The translations under genes and the position numbers were made by a program. Positions 9,016-15,978 of a DNA stretch of 21,076 nucleotides are shown here, piece after piece. Source of the DNA: Promethearchaeota archaeon (GTDB taxonomy: Archaea; Asgardarchaeota; Lokiarchaeia; Sigyniarchaeales; SOKP01); contig RDOE01000054.1 of NCBI GenBank assembly GCA_011364975.1, positions 1-21,076 of the forward strand. Reading direction: 5' to 3'. Within the stretch, counting starts at the first letter, position 1. Each line of letters starts with the position of its first letter. Below the pieces are notes generated by a model, which saw only the letters and a list, made by a program, of their open reading frames with translations, did no database searches and had not been told where the DNA came from.

Positions 9016-10095
9016 ATGTCAATGCATAAATCTTTAAATATTGATGATATAAAAAAATTACTTGGAGCAGATGCAGATTCTCTTTTAAATCATACTTGTA
9101 CAGGAATTCCTAAAGAAAATATCCATACTCCCGGGCCTGACTTTATTGATCGCGTTTGGGAACATTCCGACAGAAACAATATTGTATTGACTAATATGCA
9201 CCGATTATTTAACCAAAGAGGCCGACTTGCGGGTACTGGTTACCTCTCTATTCTTCCCGTAGATCAGGGGATAGAACACACAGCTGGAGCGAGTTTTGCG
9301 GCTAATCCTAGATATTTTGATCCTGAAAATATTATTAAATTAGCGATAGATGGTGGATGCAATGCTGTAGCATCTACTCTAGGTGTATTAGGTTCCGTGA
9401 GTAGACGATATGCCCGAAAAATACCATTTCTTGTTAAACTCAATCATAATGAATTACTTTCCAAACCCGAAATATCTGATCAAACTATGTTTGCTAGTGT
9501 AGATCAAGCTTGGTCTATGGGTGCAGCAGCTGTTGGGTCAACAATCTACTTCGGGTCACAGGAATCTAGGCGCCAAATCCAAGAAACCTCAGAAGCGTTT
9601 AAATATGCTCACGAACTTGGCTTAGTGTGTGTATTATGGTGTTATTTAAGAAATCAAGAGGAATTTGTAAAAAATGGTAAGGATTATCACACTGCAAACG
9701 ATTTAGAAAGTCAAGCAAATCATTTGGGTGCTACAATAGAAGCTGATATTATTAAACAAAAAATATCTACGACTAGTAGAGGATTCTTAGACCTTAATTT
9801 TGGTAAAACTGATAAACTAGTTTATGAAAAATTAGCAACTGATCATCCCCTGGAATGGAATAGATACCAATTAACTAATTGTTATATGGGTAGAGTTGGT
9901 TTGATCAATTCAGGAGGAGAATCTGGTAAGAATGACCTTGCTGATGCTGTAACAGCTGCTGTTATAAATAAACGGTCTGGTGGCATGGGTCTTATTTTAG
10001 GAAGAAAAGCATTCAAAAAAACCACATCAGAAGGGATTGCGATTCTTAATGCTGTTCAGGATGTGTATCTTAATAAAGATATTACAATTGCGTAA
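9016..10095 (+). CDS. fbaB: Class I fructose-bisphosphate aldolase, bacterial FbaB/DhnA long type
   Basis: [35 protein letters not shown], Schiff-base Lys region [32 protein letters not shown] and C-terminal ITIA, all as in E. coli-type FbaB. Confidence 0.95.
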   Translation: MSMHKSLNIDDIKKLLGADADSLLNHTCTGIPKENIHTPGPDFIDRVWEHSDRNNIVLTNMHRLFNQRGRLAGTGYLSILPVDQGIEHTAGASFAANPRYFDPENIIKLAIDGGCNAVASTLGVLGSVSRRYARKIPFLVKLNHNELLSKPEISDQTMFASVDQAWSMGAAAVGSTIYFGSQESRRQIQETSEAFKYAHELGLVCVLWCYLRNQEEFVKNGKDYHTANDLESQANHLGATIEADIIKQKISTTSRGFLDLNFGKTDKLVYEKLATDHPLEWNRYQLTNCYMGRVGLINSGGESGKNDLADAVTAAVINKRSGGMGLILGRKAFKKTTSEGIAILNAVQDVYLNKDITIA

Positions 10096-10106
10096 AATTT
10101 AAATCA

Positions 10107-10140
10107 ATTTTCTAATTTTTTTTTATTATTTTTCCTTTTT
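10107..10140 (+). terminator. Archaeal-type oligo-T terminator after fbaB
   Basis: Several T runs within 45 nt downstream of the fbaB stop. Confidence 0.5.
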
Positions 10141-10251
10141 GTGTTATTAAGATAATTAAAAATTGGGCTACAAAAATTAATTATATTACAGAACTTATAC
10201 TTATCATAAGATAAATCAAGATTAAATACAAAATTAAATAAAGAGAAAAAA

Positions 10252-10947
10252 ATGCCAAACTATTATCCAGATCCTAATAAAAATCCCTATCGAGTGTCTA
10301 GAGAACCTGTACGCCAACCAGTTGCTGAAAAAGTATCATCTACTAATGTAGACTTTGATACTCAGCGAATTTGCCCTTCATGTGGGAAACTTATTAAGAT
10401 CAGTCATAACTTTTGTAAATTTTGTGGAGTAGATCTTAGTTCGATTCCCGCTTTAGGAGAATCTGATAAAACCTTAAAAGCATTATCTGTAGCTGCATTA
10501 ACTGATTTAGATTACGAGGTTAGGAAGGATGCCATAGCCTCATTAGAAGAACTAGGGGGAAAAGAGATTTTAGGAGTATTTACTTATGTATTGTTAAATG
10601 ATCTTCATGAGCTTGTAAGAAAAGAAGCCGCTGATAAGTTAGGGAATATTCATAATCCCATATCGCTAGATATATTAACTAAAGCTTTAAAAGATAAAAG
10701 CCCATTAGTAAGAAAAGCAGCAATCGAAGCTTTAAAGAAAATCAAAAAAATGAATAAACCCCCACAACCAGAACCATTAGCAAAAAAAGAAGAACAACCG
10801 AGAAAGCAAGAAATTAAACAAGAGCAACAAATTGAAGCTGAATCAAAGAATGAAGTTAATGATGATAATGAAGATGATGATAATGAGGATACTGCTCCAC
10901 CCCTTAAAGAAATTGAACCTAGTGATGACGATATGTATAGGTTCTGA
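10252..10947 (+). CDS. Zinc-ribbon + HEAT (PBS-lyase-like) repeat protein with acidic disordered tail
   Basis: CPSCG-x9-CKFCG; three HEAT units (D.DYEVRKDAIASL, DLHELVRKEAADKL, DKSPLVRKAAIEAL); D/E-rich C-terminus. Confidence 0.85.
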   Translation: MPNYYPDPNKNPYRVSREPVRQPVAEKVSSTNVDFDTQRICPSCGKLIKISHNFCKFCGVDLSSIPALGESDKTLKALSVAALTDLDYEVRKDAIASLEELGGKEILGVFTYVLLNDLHELVRKEAADKLGNIHNPISLDILTKALKDKSPLVRKAAIEALKKIKKMNKPPQPEPLAKKEEQPRKQEIKQEQQIEAESKNEVNDDNEDDDNEDTAPPLKEIEPSDDDMYRF

Positions 10948-11005
10948 AATTATTTAATTTCATTTCAATTTTTTAATCAATTAACTATAAATTAATAAAA
11001 AAAGG

Positions 11006-11944
11006 TTAATCTAGATCACTCGGAATTTTAGGTAATTCACGTTTGGAAGCTGGTTTTTTCCCCTCACTATCATTTTTCTCTGATGGAAGCCTAGATTTCA
11101 GTACTTCTACAGCTTCCACAATGCCTTTCTTTTCATCGAAATAGACTCTAAATTTTTTGTTATCTAATTCCATTATTCCCTTTGGGAGGCTTTTAACCTC
11201 TTCCCAAACAGTGTCTACAATGCTTTCTCCAAAAATTTCAGTGACTTTAGAAACTGCACCATATAGGCTATATCCCAATATTAAGTTTTGCCTTTCATAC
11301 CCTTTAGGAACTTCCATAATGAGTATTTTTTCCTTAATTTTTTCTTTCTCTTCTCGTGAAAGATCAGGTGAGCTTTTTACTGACGTAGATGAACTCAATC
11401 TTTTTTGTTTTTGCGCGCTAGATTTTTGCGTTTTCACGGGATGACTAACAGCAAATGAGGAGATTATAATATCGTTATTATTATCTTCAAAACCAGGAGA
11501 ATAGTAATCTTCTTCTATTTGACTTAAATCTTCTTCTTTAGAAAGTCGTTCTACTTCTTTCATTCTTTCGCGTTCAATATTACGTATATAACGCATATCT
11601 GGAAGTCGCTCTTCTACTTCCATAGATTCAAGCTTAAACGCATTTAAGAATTCTTGAAGCTCATCTCCTTGATCAATTGAAACTATTTTACATCTATGAT
11701 ATCTTGAATCTTGGGTAAGCTCTTTTTGTAATTCTTGAGCAACTCGAGAACTTATGAATCTTTTCCTCACGGGAGATTTAGAGCCCTTCCAAATAAATAT
11801 CCTTCGTAAATCTTCTCTTATAATTATTAAAACTTGCTCTGGATTTAGATGATTTTGAAGTTCTTCTTGCTTAATAGTTAATTGTGTCTTTTCACCTGTA
11901 TTCTCAAGGTCATAAACTAAAAAATCTTCATACACTTTAGACAT
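11006..11944 (-). CDS. One-domain gelsolin-like protein with an extra C-terminal domain (Asgard 1DGelX-like)
   Basis: Residues about 5-105 follow the gelsolin repeat pattern LNPEQVLII...IFIWKGSKSP.RKRFISSRVAQEL...IVSIDQGDELQEFLNAF. An S/K-rich linker and a compact alpha/beta domain follow. Confidence 0.82.
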   Translation of the reverse strand: MSKVYEDFLVYDLENTGEKTQLTIKQEELQNHLNPEQVLIIIREDLRRIFIWKGSKSPVRKRFISSRVAQELQKELTQDSRYHRCKIVSIDQGDELQEFLNAFKLESMEVEERLPDMRYIRNIERERMKEVERLSKEEDLSQIEEDYYSPGFEDNNNDIIISSFAVSHPVKTQKSSAQKQKRLSSSTSVKSSPDLSREEKEKIKEKILIMEVPKGYERQNLILGYSLYGAVSKVTEIFGESIVDTVWEEVKSLPKGIMELDNKKFRVYFDEKKGIVEAVEVLKSRLPSEKNDSEGKKPASKRELPKIPSDLD

Positions 11945-12009
11945 AGATTCTCCTCAACTTCAAAATCTATCTTTTTATTTTTTTTTAAAATGATTTTACC
12001 AAAATAGTC

Positions 12010-12040
12010 TTTTTTCGCAAATTTAAAATTTCCGAAAAAA
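12010..12040. promoter_or_regulatory. 31-bp near-perfect palindrome upstream of the gelsolin gene
   Basis: TTTTTTCGCAAATTT-A-AAATTTCCGAAAAAA: 14 of 15 positions complementary, centred on 12025. Confidence 0.5.
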
Positions 12041-12128
12041 ATAATTGTACTAACCACAAGTCCAGTAAAGCGATTAAAACAATAAAAAAAATTTAAAAAA
12101 TTTAAGAATTGCATTTTGATTTTAAATA

Positions 12129-12845
12129 TTATCTAGTGTCGTGTAACACATTATCTACGGAAAGCACAAAACCTAACAAAATTCTGCGATCAGTTTTATT
12201 ATCTAATATCTTTAATACATACGTATCTTTAAAATCAAAAATTCCACCTAAGAAAATATCCCTCCATTTATCCGCTTTCTCAATCTCTGCTACAACTTCC
12301 CCCGTCACAACGTCATAAATCTTGAAAGAAAATCCCATGAACTTTCCTTGAGCTCTAAACCATTGAGTTCCATCTGGAGCTTCAAGAAAAAAGACTGGTC
12401 GAAATAATGAAAGTATTTTTTTCTTAATCCGTGCTATTAACTCCCCATCAGGGGTCTTTAAATCTTGAGCCGCTCTTGCTGTGATAAGTTTTGCATGGAT
12501 GGTTGCAACAACAGTACCATCAACTTCTTTTAATTCCACTCTCTTTCTTATACTCAATATTATCCGATGCATCTTTCCTATAATCTGATTATTTTCATCA
12601 AGAATGTCGCCAGAACCCCAATCCCAATACTTCTCTTTCAAAATATAATAATTCCGGTTTATATCAAACAATCCCAGGCCTTTAGTAGTAGGGATTGTTG
12701 CTTGAGAACTTGGTGGAGTGGCTGATAAAAGACTTACTTTTTCAGTCTGTTCCAGAATCTCACTTCCACAGTTTTGACAGAACTTCTGAATTGAATCCTT
12801 AAGTTCAGCCCCACAATTTGAACAAAAATTAGGTATCGTATTCAC
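12129..12845 (-). CDS. Zinc-ribbon + LURP-one-related (Tubby-C/scramblase fold) protein A
   Basis: N-terminal FCSNCG-x9-CQNCG; repeated beta-hairpin units (DENNQIIG, DGTVVATI, DGELIARIKKK); VAEIEK...DTYVLKI and a hydrophobic C-terminal helix ILLGFVLSVD. GTG start. Confidence 0.85.
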   Translation of the reverse strand: MNTIPNFCSNCGAELKDSIQKFCQNCGSEILEQTEKVSLLSATPPSSQATIPTTKGLGLFDINRNYYILKEKYWDWGSGDILDENNQIIGKMHRIILSIRKRVELKEVDGTVVATIHAKLITARAAQDLKTPDGELIARIKKKILSLFRPVFFLEAPDGTQWFRAQGKFMGFSFKIYDVVTGEVVAEIEKADKWRDIFLGGIFDFKDTYVLKILDNKTDRRILLGFVLSVDNVLHDTR

Positions 12846-12955
12846 CTACAGTTATGATTTAACTTTAATCAAAACAAGTAAACATCTGCTTATAAATTTA
12901 ATTCATAGATAAGATACTAAAAAAAGAATATAAAAAAATGATTTAGGAGATTTTA

Positions 12956-13489
12956 TTATCTATTCTCTTCTTTTTCATGATGGAGCATTAAAACTATGCC
13001 TAAAACTAACATTGCTGAATCATCATCTAAGTCAGGATTCATTTTCACGCCATAAGTACCTTTTAAAAGGCTTTTAAACAACTTCTTATGAATCTCGGCA
13101 ACTTCCTTACCATCTTTTAAAATCTTAAATTTTAAGGTGAAAATATTCCCCTTCATCGTAAACACTTGGTTTTCATTAGGATCTTCAAACCAATAACTAG
13201 GTTTAATGGCAACTAGTTTTCTTTTGAGCTGTCCAAGATATTGATTTTCATCCTGCTCGCCACCTTTGTAAAATTTGTAGGTAGATCGTAGTGAAATAAC
13301 CTTTTCATGAACGGTTAATACAGGATTTTCATTAAGATCTCTAATTCGGTAAGTATTACCAATTTTTATTAGTTTTCCCCTGAAGCTTCCAATGACTTCT
13401 TTATCTAAGTTCATAATTGTACCTTTATCTGTTAAAGAAATCATTTTTTCTTGAAGAATAAATTCTCTAGTTTTTTCTAATACTGACAT
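12956..13489 (-). CDS. LURP-one-related (Tubby-C/scramblase fold) protein B, no zinc ribbon
   Basis: LQEKMISLTDK start, EKVISLRSTY, MKGNIF..KFKI..DGKEVAEIHKK, TYGV and C-terminal helix MLVLGIVLML; YxjI/LOR-like pattern. Confidence 0.85.
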   Translation of the reverse strand: MSVLEKTREFILQEKMISLTDKGTIMNLDKEVIGSFRGKLIKIGNTYRIRDLNENPVLTVHEKVISLRSTYKFYKGGEQDENQYLGQLKRKLVAIKPSYWFEDPNENQVFTMKGNIFTLKFKILKDGKEVAEIHKKLFKSLLKGTYGVKMNPDLDDDSAMLVLGIVLMLHHEKEENR

Positions 13490-13705
13490 CTTCTACACTT
13501 CCTTATGATTTTTAAACCGTTTCTGGTATAAAATTATTAAATATTTTATTTAACAATTTTAAACTAATAATCAACTTCAGCTATAAAAATGTTTTTACCC
13601 TTTTATGATTCAATTTTATTCTAGATTTTTATAATGAGGACAGAAAGATTAAATAATTTAGAATGTGATTACTAAATTAAACTAAATAAAGCATGGTAAT
13701 TATAA

Positions 13706-14203
13706 ATGACAATTTTATTTACAGCTGAGGGTCATTTTCGAGAAGGATCTATAGGGAAAAAGTGGCAATTTGAAATGGAGTTAGGTAAAATTATACTAAC
13801 CGATACAGAATTAAATTTAATGAAGAAATCTAATATTTCTCTTACAGATTTAGGTACTTCTGTTGATAATTATAAAGAAGGATTTAAAATCCCCTTAGAA
13901 AATATAAAAAAAGCCTATAGTATACAAAATAGAAAAATTTATGTAGTAGTTGTGGAAACGAGAGATAATCATCTTTTCACAATCACTATGGCGGGGCATA
14001 GAAATCCCGCAAGAGTTGAAAGTATTAAGTTAAGTGAATTAATTAATACTGCAATTTTAGCTAATTTAGATGTGTTAAAAGAAACGTCTTCTCCTCAAAC
14101 TCATTTTCAAAAAAGAGATAATATCCTTGTTTGTGAATATTGTGGAGAGAAAAATAATCCTGGAGCTAGCTTTTGTAAGAATTGTGGTAAAAAAATAAAT
14201 TGA
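13706..14203 (+). CDS. PH-fold (GRAM/bPH-like) domain + C-terminal zinc ribbon protein
   Basis: GKIILTDTELNL and FKIPLENIKKA match the GxLxLT..xl.f and ipl..I patterns of GRAM/PH-like domains; then a C-terminal helix and CEYCGEKNNPGASFCKNCG. Confidence 0.65.
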   Translation: MTILFTAEGHFREGSIGKKWQFEMELGKIILTDTELNLMKKSNISLTDLGTSVDNYKEGFKIPLENIKKAYSIQNRKIYVVVVETRDNHLFTITMAGHRNPARVESIKLSELINTAILANLDVLKETSSPQTHFQKRDNILVCEYCGEKNNPGASFCKNCGKKIN

Positions 14204-14221
14204 TCATATTATCTTAATCAA

Positions 14222-15019
14222 TCAACGTCGACGATGTGGAGCCCCAAAAGGTCCAGGAATTCTACCCCTACGATATGGCCTTGGAAAAATTGGACCAGGA
14301 CCTACCATAGGACCCATTCCCCCTGTATCGTGGAGTACATTATCTATACTTAAAACAAAACCCACTAAAATACGCCTATCTGTCTCGTTATCCAAAATTT
14401 TTAAAGCATATGTATCAGCAAAGTCAAATAAACCTCTTAAAAAGACATCTCGCCATCTATCAGCTTTTTCAATCTCAGCTACAAGCTTACGAGTTCCTAC
14501 TTCGTAAACCTTAAACGACCATCCCATGAAGTTTCCTTCCGCCTCATACCATCGATTTCCAAAAGGATCTTCAAGATAAAAAACATGTCGAAAAAAAGTT
14601 AGTATTTTCCTTTTTATGCGAGCAATCATATTTCCTTGAGGATCTTTAAGATCCTGGGCACCGCGCGCTGAGACGATTTTACTATGTATTGTTGCAAGAA
14701 TCGTCCCATCTAATTCCTGGAGCTCTACTCGACGACGAATTGAAAAAATTATTCTATTCATTCTACCAATAAGTTGACCATTCTCATCCATAATATCTCC
14801 AAAACCTAGATCGAACCACCGTTCCTTAATTAAGTAGTAATTGCGATTAATATCAAATAAACCACCTTTAAGTTGACTCGATGAAGATGGTTGAGCGACT
14901 TTTTGTGGTTCATGGGTTAAACTTGAGGTTTTTTGAGCATTGTATAACTCTGTACCACATTCTTCACAATATCGTTGTTCTGGGTTAACTTTTGCTCCAC
15001 AATTTGGACAATCATTCAT
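14222..15019 (-). CDS. Zinc-ribbon + LURP-one-related (Tubby-C/scramblase fold) protein C with Pro/Gly/Arg tail
   Basis: Close paralog of 12129-12845 from GLFDINRNYY to DNVLHDT. Start placed at ATG 15019 (MNDCPNCG) to match paralog A, rather than TTG 15070. Confidence 0.85.
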   Translation of the reverse strand: MNDCPNCGAKVNPEQRYCEECGTELYNAQKTSSLTHEPQKVAQPSSSSQLKGGLFDINRNYYLIKERWFDLGFGDIMDENGQLIGRMNRIIFSIRRRVELQELDGTILATIHSKIVSARGAQDLKDPQGNMIARIKRKILTFFRHVFYLEDPFGNRWYEAEGNFMGWSFKVYEVGTRKLVAEIEKADRWRDVFLRGLFDFADTYALKILDNETDRRILVGFVLSIDNVLHDTGGMGPMVGPGPIFPRPYRRGRIPGPFGAPHRRR

Positions 15020-15198
15020 AATTATAAACTTATTAAACAATAAAATTAGTATTATTCTGTTAAACCACAATAGTCTATATTAACTAATAAATTTACGTTC
15101 TTGTGGTCTGTAATAGTTAGAGTTTAAAGTAATGTTTTAATTAGAGAATGATTTTAACTATTATATATTAGTAAAAAAAGGACTTCTAAACTTGTTTA

Positions 15199-15966
15199 AT
15201 GTCATCAATTCCTAAATTATTAAAACTAAAAGATTATATAACTTTAATCGGAACTACTATAGGTCTAATCGCTTTAATTGCAGGTAGCTTAGGAACTAGA
15301 GGTTCTATATCATTTGGTTTTTTTCTTACATCAATTTGTTTAGGAACTGACTTGATTGATGGATATATCGCACGAAAAACGGGCACTGTAAATGAGATGG
15401 GAAAAGAACTCGATTCATTAAGTGATTCAATAACATTTGGGATTGTTCCAGCAGTATTAACTTACTTAGCTTTTCGGACAGGTCAAATTTTTGATTTTAT
15501 TTTAATTATTGGGTGTATAATTTTTGCTTTAGGAGCGTTGTTAAGGTTAGCGAGATTTAATTTGTCTATTGATACAGGTTATGTCGGAGTTCCAACTCCG
15601 TTAAGTGCTCTATTAGTGATAATGTATTATTTTTCTAATTATTATTATGTTATTGCAGTAGGAGATATCTATGCTCCATTTTTAGATCTCGCTTACTATT
15701 TCATCCCATTTGGATTGATATTATTAGGATGGATGAATATTACTACTTTCATTAAATTTAGTGAAAAAAGCAAAATGACTTATATTATAGTAATAATTAT
15801 TGCACCTTTAAGCCCAATATTCGGCATTATTGGGGTTTCTAATCCATCGCCTATTCTTTCTTTAATAATTTCTTTATTTTTTATACTTACATTCTTTGGT
15901 TTTATCCTTTGGACATTTATCAGATCCTTGTTAAAGTATATTACGGAAAAAGAGAGCAAAAACTAA
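15199..15966 (+). CDS. pssA: CDP-alcohol phosphatidyltransferase, PssA subclass II / archaetidylserine synthase-like
   Basis: Signature DLIDGYIARKTGTVNEMGKELDSLSD, plus FGIVPA, LRLARFN and GVPTP typical of serine-specific members; multiple TM helices. Confidence 0.82.
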   Translation: MSSIPKLLKLKDYITLIGTTIGLIALIAGSLGTRGSISFGFFLTSICLGTDLIDGYIARKTGTVNEMGKELDSLSDSITFGIVPAVLTYLAFRTGQIFDFILIIGCIIFALGALLRLARFNLSIDTGYVGVPTPLSALLVIMYYFSNYYYVIAVGDIYAPFLDLAYYFIPFGLILLGWMNITTFIKFSEKSKMTYIIVIIIAPLSPIFGIIGVSNPSPILSLIISLFFILTFFGFILWTFIRSLLKYITEKESKN

Positions 15967-15978
15967 ATTACATACCCT

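Noticed and set aside
11157-12318. ORFs 11157-11444, 11917-12114 and 12109-12318
   Set aside because: Antisense shadows of gelsolin or LOR-A, or low-complexity translation of an AT-rich intergenic region.
13706-14203. True Vps36/ESCRT-II ortholog
   Set aside because: No C-terminal winged-helix domains, no NZF Trp or TF motif, and no ESCRT genes in the window.
15020-15070. Hydrophobic N-terminal extension MWFNRIILILLFNKFII on LOR-C as a signal or anchor
   Set aside because: TTG start in AT-rich promoter DNA; paralog A begins right at the zinc ribbon, favouring ATG 15019. Not fully excluded.
8960-15140. Shared 11-mer TAATGTTTTAA upstream of fbaB (8960) and pssA (15130)
   Set aside because: Probably a generic TATA-like element or a chance match in AT-rich DNA; distances to the start codons differ.
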